From Octopus sinensis (lineage: Eukaryota), in contig NC_043001.1 of NCBI RefSeq assembly GCF_006345805.1, forward strand, positions 20,460,001 to 20,524,000: a stretch of 64,000 nt of DNA. The letters run 5' to 3'. Numbering within the stretch: position 1 is the stretch's first letter; every line of letters starts with the position of its first letter. The notes under the pieces are model-generated. The model ran no database searches, was not told where the DNA came from, and saw only the letters and a program-made list of their open reading frames with translations. Both the position numbers and the translations under genes were made by a program. Positions 1 to 11,147 of this stretch are shown one piece after another.

Positions 1-246
1 ATGTAAAAGTTGTGCCATCCATAAGCTAATTTTGTCTCTGGTACACTTTCTCCTGAATATGTGCTACTAAAATATTGGTACATCTAATATGCCTGTGCAT
101 CTTTTATACCATCAAAATACAGTAGTTTTTAAATGCTAACTGCATTAAACATTTAACACTAATTTTACTGAAAAAGAAAAAAGCCGTTCTAGGTTTGAGT
201 TCAATTCTCATCACAATTGATTCATTTATTTATTTATCTATTTCAA

Positions 247-446
247 ATTTCGTTTTTGGATTTGGTTTGCAAGATTCTTTATATGAGTTCATGTGTTGAA
301 GCATATTCTGTTGTGTCTGGGGAGAGTCATTTTCTTTTTGTGCCTTATAATTTTACACACCCACCAGAAAAATTTCCACTTATTTCTTATTTTTATTTTC
401 CTAAAATTTTCATTGTGTCTTGCAACCTTTTCAATAGTCTTGACTC
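247..446 (+). repeat. Dispersed ~200-bp repeat, direct copy of 4422-4621
   Basis: Near-identical sequence ATTTCGTTTTTGGATTTGG...TCAATAGTCTTGACTC at both sites; the spurious ORFs 217-555 and 4401-4961 share the same peptide. Confidence 0.85.
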
Positions 447-683
447 AAAAATTTCACTTTTTGAGTTCATGAAAGTAGTTGGATCATGTAAATTTTTTAG
501 CCTGATCCTCCTCCCTGCCAAGCAGAGCCTGGATCTTCTACTTCTATTAAGATAACCCTAGACTTTCCAGCAACCTCCAGTTGATGTTGTACAGCATTGC
601 TTTTTCGTATTCTGACTGCCATATACAGCTGGCTAAAGTTGTGACATTATGCCTTTCCTGGACTCTCTGTATATAGATGTTTG

Positions 684-723
<40 letters not shown>

Positions 724-1669
724 CTAGCTTCTACCAGGATGTTTAGTTATGTCCTTATGAGCCCCAAAAGAGAAGACTTGGCCATTTAATAAACAGAAAT
801 TAATAAAATATGTGCCAAGCTGAGTTATTATTGAGTGGGTGTGAACAATGTGATTTGCTAAAAACTCTTTTATCATAGAACCCCAGCGTGGACACAGTTC
901 AAAATCCAACACCAGAACTGGAGTTACAGAGTTATCAATGTAGTAGATAAGGTCATTTAATTTAGGACACTACAATGGATTAAAACTATTCCTTAATTAT
1001 AGAAATATAGTTTGCACAAGAACAAAAAAAAAAAAAAGAAATGGGAAAAGCCCAGAAAGCTTTTACAATATAAAATTAATGAGACTGTATCTGCAACAAT
1101 TATCAGTGAAAGATCACATGCACCAACAGAAATGGCAAATTACAACATATGATATATTTTAAAGTAACAGATTGGGATGACAGATATTTAAATACTGGTT
1201 CAATTAGAAAGAAACAATCTGGTGTGTAAATCTAGATATACATTTCCTTCGGTTTACCACATGCTCCACTTACTTAATTCCTTTGTTTATAATTAATAAT
1301 TATCTACAACATTTATACAAGCTATACCACAATGGTGGGAAGCTGGCAGAATTCTTAGCATATCCTGATGAAACAGCAGCATTTCTTCCGGTTTTTTACT
1401 TTCTAAGTTCAAATTCTAACAAGGGCAACCTTGTCTTTGATCCCTTTGTGGTTGATAAAATAAAGTACTGATCAAGTACTAGAATCAATGTAATCAACTT
1501 GGCTGCCCCCTCAGAAGTTGCTGGCCTTGAACCCTGCAATGGCCTAGTATCCCATTCAGCAGAATTCTTGGACAGTTATATGTCATAGAAATTAGGTAAC
1601 TTAGCTTATGAGCTTTAAGGTAAAAAAAAAAAAATAATAATAAAGAAATATAAATTCAGTATAAGTATA

Positions 1670-1707
<38 letters not shown>

Positions 1708-1858
1708 GGGTTGGACAAAATAATGGAAACACCTTGCATCCTAGCATCATAATTTTGAAATATCTATAAAACTGTCAAAAGCTTGTTTATTATTATGTTT
1801 TTTGATTTATTATTAATGTTGCTTAATATGTTTTGCTAAAATTGTTGTTTCTTTTCAG

Positions 1859-2890
1859 ATGTCATCAGAAAAAGGTAATTAAAATTCTGACTTTCAAAGA
1901 GGTCAAATTGTTGGTGCTCATATGGCAGGCGCTAGTGTAATGAAAACAGCTGAAATGTTTGGTGTATCAAGAAGTACTGTCTCGAAAGTAATGATAGCCT
2001 ATGAGAAGGAGGGAAAAACCTCCTCGTCAAAACAAAATTCCAGAAGAAAACCAAAACTTTCAGATAGGGACTGTCGAACTCTTATGCGAATTGTAAGAAA
2101 GGATCACAAAAGTACAGCTCCCAAAATTACTGCAGAGCTTAATGACCACCTCAGGAACTCGGTTTCCACAAAAACTATTTGCCAGGAGCTGCACAAAGCC
2201 GGATTTCACAGGAGTGCTGCAATCAGAAAACTACTACTTTCAAAAATAAATGTTGCAAAGCGTTTAGAGTGGAGTAAAAACCTACAGAACTGGTCCTTAG
2301 AGTAGGGGAAGAATGTTTTCTTTGACAAGTTATCCTTTACCTTATTTCTGACCACCAGCCAAGTATACATGTGGAGACAGCCAAAAGAAGCATTTGACCC
2401 AGACTGCCTTCTTCCAACTGTTAAACATGGAGGAAGATCTGTGATGAACTGGGGAGCTATATCTTGGAAACCCGCCAGCCCAATGGCTTCCCTTCAGGGC
2501 AGAATTAATAGTCAAGACTATTTAAGCATTTTATCTGATCAAATTGTGGAACTGTTTCCGGAGGGAAACACAATCTTTCAGGATGATAATGCACCAATTC
2601 ACACAGCTAAAGTTGTTACTGAATGGCATGAGGTACATTCTAGTGAAGTTGAACATCTTGTCTGGCCACCACAGTCCCCAGATCTCAATATTATTGAACA
2701 TTTAAGGTGCATTTTAGAAAAAAAAGTAAGGAATCGATATGCTTCACCATCATCACTACAAGAATTGGAGACTGGTTTAGCTGAAGAATGGACAGAAATT
2801 CCTTTGGAAACAATTCAAACTTTGTACGAGTCCATACCTTGTAGAATTCAAGCTGTAATTACTGCCAAAGCAGTCCTACCCCATATTAAA
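1859..2890 (+). pseudogene. Tc1-like transposase, inactivated
   Basis: ORFs 1922-2305 and 2369-2947 are in the same frame, split by TAG 2303-2305. HTH region DFQRGQIVGA...GVSRSTVSK, IFQDDNAPIH and WPPQSPDLNIIE are present. The first motif is degraded (FDKLSF for SDESSF); there is an upstream TAA at 1880 and a C-terminal -1 frameshift. Confidence 0.9.
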
Positions 2891-2898
2891 ATAAATTT

Positions 2899-3128
2899 AC
2901 ATTATTTACATTTGACGGATATTTGTCCTCATCTTGTTTGTTGTTAACACAATGTTTTGGCTGATATACCCTCCAGCCTTCATCAGGTTCGAAATTTCCC
3001 CAAGACACCTGATGAAGACTGAAGGGTGTATCAGCTGAAACGTTGTGTTAACAACAAACAAGATGAAGACAAATATCCGTCAAATGTAAATAATGTACAT
3101 AATACCTGATCTCTTAAATATAGCACTG
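2899..3128. mobile_element. Penelope-like (pLTR-type) inverted fragment inserted in the Tc1 3' end
   Basis: 12-bp TSD TAAAATAAATTT (2887-2898 and 3129-3140); ~91-bp inverted arms 2898-2988 and 3007-3097 with ~7 mismatches; hammerhead-like core in the arms. Confidence 0.7.
3004..3049 (+). ncRNA. Minimal type I hammerhead-ribozyme-like motif
   Basis: GACAC-CTGATGA-A-(stem II; GGCTG/CAGCC in the sister arm)-GAAA-CGTT-GTGTT; palindromic AACGTT mini stem III. Confidence 0.55.
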
Positions 3129-3383
3129 TAAAATAAATTTGTTTGAAATTTTAAGGTGTTTCCATTATTTTGTCCAACCTCTCTATATATAAACACACAC
3201 ATACACACAAATTTATTCAAAGCTGAGTTTTGTCTTTGAATAAATGCTATTCCAATCTTATTAACAGTACTGAGTTCTTTTTCATATCATTGCAATTACA
3301 CCAGTTATGAACCCAAAACCTCTCTTTCTTTGCTCCTCTTTACTTATTTCAAGTTAGCTTTTCAATGGCCAATATATTAACTA

Positions 3384-3781
3384 CACTGGCGAAAATAAAT
3401 TTCAGACCGATGATAAAAGTTCTATTTCTTACAAAATATTTTGTTACTAACACCATACAAATTATTTCTATCTTTTACATCTTATGTAGAATTTATTTCT
3501 CTTTCAAATGATGCAGACAATAACTACTTTTATACAACTCGAAGAATTCTAATGCTAAATTAATATAAACGTTTCAAATTTACCGGCAAAATTAGTTTAT
3601 ATTAATTTAGCATTAGAATTCTTCGAGTTGTATAAAAATAGTTATTGTCTGCATCATTTGAAAGAGAAATAAATTCTGCATAAGGTGTAAAAGATAGAAA
3701 TAATTTGTATGGTGTTAGTAACAAAATATTTTGTAAGAAATAGAACTTTTATCATCGGTCTGAAATTTATTTTCACCAGTG
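3384..3781. mobile_element. Near-perfect palindromic MITE with TA TSD (Tc1/mariner-type)
   Basis: 187-bp arms 3384-3570 and 3595-3781 with 4 transition mismatches and a 24-nt spacer; TA-CACTGG...CCAGTG-TA. Confidence 0.9.
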
Positions 3782-3800
3782 TATGTTAGCATAAACTTAC

Positions 3801-3895
3801 CTGTTGATTTTCATATGGATTTTGTCTCTGAAATACATTAAACCTGCCAAGCATCATTGAAACTGTCATAAGGTGAAGCTTGAGAGTTGGTGCTA
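3801..3895 (-). CDS. Candidate internal exon (95 nt) of an unidentified minus-strand gene
   Basis: Acceptor TCTTTTTCTTTTTTTTCTTTTCAG, donor CAG/GTAAGT; only one open frame (phase 1 to 0): xAPTLKLHLMTVSMMLGRFNVFQRQNPYENQQ. Confidence 0.55.
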
Positions 3896-4421
3896 CTGAA
3901 AAGAAAAAAAAGAAAAAGAATTCTACTTAATATTTCTGATTGAACAGAATATAAACTTTGTTTCTTTAAACCATCGAATATAAACTAACAAAAGATGTGA
4001 CTAAAACTTTAGATATCTGTGCACTGATTTTCAGTACATTTACTCTTTACTCTTTTACTTGCCAACTTGAAAATCAGACATGGAATGATAATGAACAAAT
4101 GAAAGTATGAAATAATGAACGAATGAAATGTGGTGCAACAGATGTAGGAAATCTATGATGATGGTGTAATAAAGCCCCAGATCAAATCCGATGGTGTTAT
4201 AAAGCCCCCAGATCAAATCCAGGATCAACAACATTTTAGCTATGACTTTCCAATCACTTTCCAGTGTATCATTTCTAGGATGGTAGTGTCATTGAAGGAA
4301 ATTTGGTTGTCATTTCTAGGAATGTAAACAACCTTATAGGGGCTCCCTCAATTGGTTTGAACGGATACTATGACCAAACATCTGGTATAGAGATACGGTA
4401 ATGAGGAATCAGTTGTATTAT

Positions 4422-4736
4422 ATTTCGTTTTTGGATTTGGTTTGCAAGATTCTTTATATGAGTTTGTGTGTTGAAGCATATTCTGTTGTGTCTGGGGAGA
4501 GTCATTTTCTTTTTGTGCCTTATAATGTAACACACTCACCAGTAAAATTTCCACTTATTTCTTATTTTTATTTTCCTAAAATTTTTGTTGCGTCTTGCAA
4601 CCTTTTCAATAGTCTTGACTCTGTCCGTTATTTACACTGCGTTCCTTTTTGTTTGTTTCTGTGCATGTGTGTGTGCCTATGCATGCATGCATGTATGTAT
4701 GTGTGTATGTATGTTTGCATGTGTATGTATGTATAT

Positions 4737-4780
<44 letters not shown>

Positions 4781-4882
4781 GCATACAAACATACATACAC
4801 ACATACATATGTACATGCATATACATACATACACATGCAAACATACATACACACATACATACGTACATGCATGCATGCATAG

Positions 4883-4930
<48 letters not shown>

Positions 4931-5110
4931 GCACAAACAAACAAAAAGGAACACAGTGTAAATAATGGACAGAGTCAAGACTATTGAAAAGGTTGCAAGA
5001 TGCAACAAAAATTTTAGGAAAATAAAAATAAGAAATAAGTGAAAATTTTACCGGTGTGTGTGTTACATTACAAGGCACAAAAAGAAAATGACTCTCGCCA
5101 GACACAACAG
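4422..5110. repeat. Dispersed repeat copy with fold-back duplication centred on (TA)n
   Basis: 4483 to ~4740 is the reverse complement of ~4780-5110 (CTGTTGTGTCTGG...GCATGCATGC), including the mirrored microsatellites. Confidence 0.85.
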
Positions 5111-5389
5111 TTGTATTATACTAATCCTGAAGGTGATGAGGTGGAAGAATCATTAGATCACTGGACAAAATGCTTAGCAGTGCTTCTTCTAGCTTTATGT
5201 TCTGAGTTAAAATTCCACCAAGGTTGACTTTACTGGTCATCCCTGTAGAAATAATAAAATAAGTACCAACTGAGTAATGGTATCAATGTAATCAACTAAC
5301 CCCTATCCCTCCAAATTTTGGGCTTTGGGTCTATAGTAGAAAGAGTTATTCAAACCTTGAAAGCTCTACAGCAGAATGATATATATATA

Positions 5390-5896
5390 CAGTAGTACCT
5401 CGGCTTTTGAACACCTCTGATGATGAATAAATCGTGCTTTATCTCCCGTCTTTCTCATATTCATCTGATACAGTAGTTTAAAGCATGATTTATTTGTAAC
5501 TAGCACTATGACCCAGCAACGCCGGGTCATAGTGCTAGTGCATGCATATACAGCTCCATGCATGCGCACATACACGCGAGTACTGTCCAGATCTCCGACC
5601 AATCACATACAGCTAGCTGGCATTCAATTGGTGTATCAAGTTTCAGGCATTTTCATTGGGTTTTGGATAGAAAATTCACAAAAATGTCACTTCTATTGAT
5701 TTTTTAATGGCTTTGCGGGATGACTGGGGAAATGTAAAGATGTGTACAACCACCTTTGGACGGTTTTGAATGACGACAGAAAATGCGAGCCCTCTAACTG
5801 AAAAATTGTGGATTTGTATAAAGGACATGCACACACACACATTTTGCCGTTTATATATAGAGAGATTAAAGGTGTTCGAAAACCAACGTAGTACTG
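5390..5896. mobile_element. pogo/Tigger-like MITE (~141 bp net) interrupted by a Helitron
   Basis: TA-CAGTAGTACCTCGGCTTTTGAACACCT...AGGTGTTCGAAAACCAACGTAGTACTG-TA; 27-bp TIR with 5 mismatches. Confidence 0.75.
5500..5865 (-). mobile_element. Non-autonomous Helitron, family H1 copy 1
   Basis: On the minus strand: A/TC start (TCTCTCTATATATAAACGGC), terminal hairpin and CTAG/T end; second copy at 39022-39405. Confidence 0.85.
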
Positions 5897-6261
5897 TACT
5901 ACAAAAAAAAATAATAATAAAAACAATTATGGTAATTTTATCATGAGTTATTACTCTAACATAATCTCAGACATTTATCTCCTTTGCTGTTTTGCCCCTC
6001 AACCTCCTTCTTCATATACTTCCCCTCTTTTTTTTTTTAAATATAATGTTCCAACTGATATGTGAAAATGTCATGTTTACCCTACCATAGTAATAAATCA
6101 TGGATTTTTTTTCCCCTTTTTTCTTAGTATTTCAGTAGCCGTGAGATGTTACAGTGTACCATAGGTTAAAGAGACAAACATAACATTTTTTTGTCCCAGT
6201 TGTAAGACAAGAAGAGAAACTTTAGCAAAATGTGCAAAAGAACGTGTGTTTTTTATCTTAC

Positions 6262-6279
6262 CAGACATTATTATCACAA
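6262..6279 (-). CDS. Candidate 18-nt microexon
   Basis: GTTCTTCAG/TTGTGATAATAATGTCTG/GTAAGA; the phase-1 reading xVIIMS is compatible with the 95-nt exon downstream. Confidence 0.35.
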
Positions 6280-6319
6280 CTGAAGAACTATAGTTTATAT
6301 ATATATATATATATATATA

Positions 6320-6728
6320 CTCTCTTTTACTTGTTTCAGTCATTTGACTGTGGCCATGCTGGAGCACCGCCTTTAGTCGAGCAAATCGACCCCAGGACTT
6401 ATTCTTTGTAAGCCTAGTACTTATTCTATCAGTCTCTTTGGTTGAACCGCTAAGTTAAGGGGATGTAAACACACCAGCATCGGTTGTCAAGCAATGTTAG
6501 GGGGGGGACAAACACAGACACACAAACATACACACACACACACACACACATATATACACATATATACGATGGGCTTCTTTCAGTTTCCATCTACCAAATC
6601 CACTCACGAGGCTTTGGTCGGCCCGAGGCTATAGTAGAAGTCACTTGCCCAAGGTGCCACGCAGTGGGACTGAACCTGGAACCATGTGGTTGGTAAGCAA
6701 GCTACTTACCACACAGCCACTCCTACGC
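6320..6728 (-). mobile_element. tRNA-headed SINE, family A (internal microsatellite, GACTGAAACAAGTAAAAGAG tail)
   Basis: Full head-to-tail match to the other family A copies in the window. Confidence 0.9.
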
Positions 6729-7715
6729 GTATATGTATATATAAACATCATCACATCATCATCCTTGATGTCTGCGTGTGTGTGTGTGTGAGAGTGAGTT
6801 AGAGAGAGAGAGAGAGGGGAAGACAGAGAATACCTGCAAATGTTTACAACAATTTGTACAAGAAAATTGTCCAAGCAAAAGTTATATTTTTAGAGGTATT
6901 TTTAAAACCATATGCAAAATTAGCAGAGCATAAAAATGTTGTAAAATTGTGAACACAATTGTAAAATTTGTGTAAAAATAAACTTCCTCTAAAGATATTT
7001 CAGATTATAACTAAAGCAAACATGTAAAATATAAAGTTGAAACAAAGAACTAAAATAGCAGAAGAGAATTCTCTCAAACCATATCATAATCACACTGACT
7101 GTCAACCCATTGAAGGGAGAAGATTTCATATTTGATAAACAAATTAAACCACTCCAGAGAGCATTGGGAGAAAAAATACAGCTGTTATTTGAGCATCTGT
7201 CATGATTTATTTAGGTGCTTCATTCAATAATTAACTTTGCATTAATTAATTCTTAGTGCACCACAGGTTTTATCTCTTGATACGCTAAAGAAACAGGACT
7301 GAAATGGCTAGTTTCTTACTCATTTAGAGGCTCGTCAGTTAATGAATATTCACTTCTGGTGAGATTACTAATTAATGATAATTTTTATGTAGGGATTTTC
7401 TGAGATATAAAAATATATTTCAAGAGTTCCCAGAGTAAAACAGTTGGGAAACATAAATACTATAGATGATGGTTTTGTTAAGCCCCAGATCAGCTTGATT
7501 CCAGAAGACCTATGATCACAAGTTTTCCAGCCATGACCAAATCATCTATTTTTTAGGATAACATTATTAAATGCATCCCTCTTTATTCAAGACAACAGGG
7601 TATTATCTGTGAGAAATTTGGCAGCAAAACATATCCCTCTTAGTCTAAAACAATAGTGTGTAATTTAATAGATTTGGCAGTTATTTCTAGCAGGTCAAGT
7701 AACCATGAAGTGGCT

Positions 7716-8160
7716 TCATCATCATCATCATCATTTAACGTCTGTTGTCCATGATGGCATGGGTTGGACAGTTTCACTGAGATGGCATGCTGGAAGGCTG
7801 CACTAGATTCCAATATGATTTGGCATGGTTTTCTATGGCTGTATGCCCTTCCTAATGCCAACCACTCTGAGAGTGTAATGGGTGCTTTTATGTGCCACTG
7901 GCACGGGTGCCATTTGTTTGACACTGGGGTGCATTTATATGCCACCTGCATGGGTGCCAATTTGCATGACACCAGTATCTGCCACGACTGCAATTTTGCT
8001 TGGCTTGAGGGGTCTTCTTCTCAAGCACAACACAATGCCAAAGGTCTTGGTCATTGCCCCTGTGAGGCCCAACACTTGAAAGGAACTCAGCCACTTTGCC
8101 TCCATGAGGCCCAACACTTGAAAGGATCTCAGCCATTTTGCCTCCATGAGGCCCTTCCAA
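7716..8160 (-). mobile_element. RTE-type LINE 3' end with (GAT)n tail
   Basis: Homologous to the 3' UTR of the RTE fragment at 34944-36130. Further copies at about 9470-9672, 10759-10950, 11951-12170, 25441-25800, 27030-27245, 29040-29242, 38690-38930, 41904-42190, 45096-45520 and 60774-60878. Confidence 0.8.
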
Positions 8161-8589
8161 ATGTTGAAGCAAAACACATTTAGATCATTAAAAGCTTGCT
8201 TTGCTGGCTTCAAAATATTTAGATAATATGGCAGTTTTTAAAACAACACCAGATACTCAGAAATTTAAAGTATTTATTGCTAGCTTTTAAGGAAATGTCT
8301 TTTTGTCTTCCATTAAGCAGATGGAGAGCTATCTAAATATATTTACATTCACAAAATATTCAGAACCTTGTCTTAAAATACTAGCAGAGGTAGCAAATAT
8401 GTACAAAGTTTTGTTTATTTTTATTATGCATGATATGTTTGTAGTTTTAATAAACAGAGGAAGACACAACCAGTGAAGAACGTTGAGCAAGAGCTGCCAC
8501 CCAAAGTGCAAACAAATATGCATAGGATGGACTGAATGATGTATGAGGGGGAGAGAAGAGATGGGAGTATGAAAGTAATACAAGGGACA

Positions 8590-8596
8590 GAGAAGA

Positions 8597-8631
<35 letters not shown>

Positions 8632-9215
8632 CAGTAAGAGAAGATGGGATGAGTGAGGAATGTGTATAAGAAGGGAGGGAGAATGGCAAAAGTTAAAGAG
8701 GGAGAGAAAGAGAGAACATAAACTAAGAATGAATGGCAAATAGAAATAACAGGAAGAGATGAATGAGAAAGATTGTGTGAGTGTGTGTGTGTTTGTGTGA
8801 GTGTGTGTGTGTAAGAAAAACAGAGAGAGAGAGAGAGAAAGAGAAACAGAGACAGGCAGAAAAAAAAGAGTGTAAGAGACAATGAATTGCAAACAGGAAG
8901 CTGGGAGAGATGTGTGTGAGTGAGAGAGAGGGGTGGAAAGGGGGAGAGAGAGAGGGGGCAGAGAGAGAGGGGGCAGAGAGAGAGGGGGCAGAGAGAGAAA
9001 GAAAGAGAGAGAGGGAAAGAGAGGGAGAGAGAAAGAGAGGGAGAGAGAAAGAGAGAGAGAAAAAGAGAGAGAAAGAAAGAGAGAGAGAGAAAAAGAGAGA
9101 GAAAGAAAGAGAGAGAGAGAAAAAAAAGAAAGAGAGAGAAAAAAGGAGAGAAAAAGAGAGAAATAGTCTGAAACAGAAAGGGGAAATTGAAGAGAAAGAG
9201 AGAGAAAGATACTTT
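8590..9215. repeat. Complex (GA)n / GAAA polypurine tract with CA segments
   Basis: Long purine-only stretch from ~8920 to 9215, including GAGAGAGAGGGGGCA units. Confidence 0.95.
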
Positions 9216-9329
9216 AATAGAGAATGAATTGTAAACAAGGGGGATGGGAGTGGATGAAATATAAGAATAAAAGGAAATTTGATGAAATATCATCAGTTTT
9301 CTGTTGGTATTTTCTAATGGCAAAAAATA

Positions 9330-9448
9330 TATCAGAAAAGGTCTCAGAAAATAACAGAGCAACCATACTCTGGGATATGTCAACTACCACAGATAGAGAG
9401 ATTGAGGCTAATCAGCCAGATATGATTGTTGAGGACCAGACAGAATGA
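9330..9448 (+). pseudogene. R4/Dong-like restriction-like endonuclease fragment
   Basis: VSENNRATILWDMSTTTDREIEANQPDMIVED resembles the ILWD...NRPDI motif. Confidence 0.65.
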
Positions 9449-11147
9449 AAACCTCTTTATGTAAAAGTACTTGTGCTGGTGTTATGTAAAATGTACCTAG
9501 TACACTCTGTGAAGTGGTTGGTGTTAGAAAGGGCATCCAGCTGTAGAAACCATGCCAAAACAGACTGGAGCCTGGTGCAGCCTTCTGGTTTGCTGATTCT
9601 TGTCAAACTGTCCCACCCATACCAGCATGGAAAACAGATATTAAATGATGAAGATGATGATGATGATGATGAGATAATAACAGATCTCTAAAAGAAATGG
9701 AGAAGTTATCCAAATATAAAGAGACTGTTTTTAGCAGATCCCCAAATGGGGCCCATGGCAGGCAATGGGTTAAATGTACATCATGGGTCTGTGGAATATA
9801 CAGCCATTCCACATGTTTTCTCAGTGACTAGGTTTCCCAGTTGATCAAACATCTGAATGTTGTTTATACCCCCAAAATCAATGCATAGAGCACTTTCAAT
9901 ACAACAGAAAATACAAGTTACAGAGATGTACTTGCATAGCAAGTGACCTGATATGAGAGCATGTGCTGGAACAAAAACAATTGCAGCATGGAAGGTGCTT
10001 ATAAGCCATTTAAGAAACACACAAAACCGTTAGATTCACTTCAACATTTAAATTTAATTTGCCAAAATATTTTTGTTGCTTTGAGACCGCGACCTGTTCA
10101 CTGACAAAATTCCATGCTGCATAATACAAAACATAAGCTAAAACACTGTACATAGTAAAGATACACAGAGCTGTATACAGTAGTATAGTGAAAGAAAGCA
10201 GGCAATGAAAAACACTAATCATTCATTCTGATTCCAGCTACAGATTAGAAGCTCAGAATTTTTGCAGCAGTTTTGGAGGGCAGAGGGGAAACTGATTTCA
10301 CTGACTCTGGTATTTGACTAGTACTTGTTTTATTCACCCCAAAAGTGTGAAAATTAAAGTCAATCTTGGTGGAATTTGAACTCAGAACATGAAAGATGGA
10401 CAAAATGGACAGCTAAGCATGCTAACAGTTCTGCCAGCACATCACCTTCAGAAAATCACAGACAATAATACAAAGAGGTTTTTAACCCAATATTTTAAAC
10501 ACTATTATTTCTAATGTTATCCACTTTGGGTTCAACCATTAAAAATAAGTTACTTCACATTCTCTCAAAGTGTTTACATTTCTTATGATACAAACAACCT
10601 ACAACTGTCACAAGTAAGAACAAAGTTTCTAAAATGGACAGAGAAATTCAAAGGAATGCTTTAGCCCAATGCTGGAATCTATCATATTTACTGAATGTGT
10701 GGGTTCACAACCCACAAGCAGCCTTTGATTTTTTCTATCCAAAGGGATTTTTAACCCATCATCATCATCATCAACATCGTTTAGTGTCTGCTTTCCATGC
10801 TAGCATGGGTTGGACGGTCCAACTGGGGTCTGGAAAGCCAGAAGGCTGCACCAGGCCCAGTCTGATCTGGCAATGTTTCTACGGCCGGATGCCCTTCCTA
10901 ACGCCAAGATGCCCTTCCTAATGCCAGTATACCCTTCCTAACCCAGTATTTACATATTACCATTTATAGTTTCATCTACTTTGAGTTCAACAGTGAAAAA
11001 GAAATTATTTCATGCTCTCTCGAAGTTTCTAAATTCTTATGATGTAAGCAAAAAAAATAATCTAGTGAGAAAAATTTCAGGTTAACTGAACAGGAAGATA
11101 AATTTCAACTGCTAATTCACTGAAACTAAATTGCCAACAATGAGATA

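Larger units (their letters stand above)
1705..3183 (+). mobile_element. Tc1/mariner DNA transposon, DD36E (Incomer-like), near full length
   Basis: 31-bp TIRs CAGGGGTTGGACAAAATAATGGAAACACCTT (1705-1735) and 3153-3183 with 2 mismatches; TA on both flanks; 1237 bp once the internal insertion plus one TSD copy is removed. Confidence 0.95.

Noticed and set aside
4401-5105. Overlapping 110-190 aa ORFs on both strands
   Set aside because: Translations of (TA)/(CA)/(TG) microsatellites and the fold-back repeat (VCVC, YIYI, HTHT).
8329-9383. Long ORFs up to 319 aa, including RE/KE-rich frames
   Set aside because: Products of the (GA)n tract, which lacks stop codons by composition.
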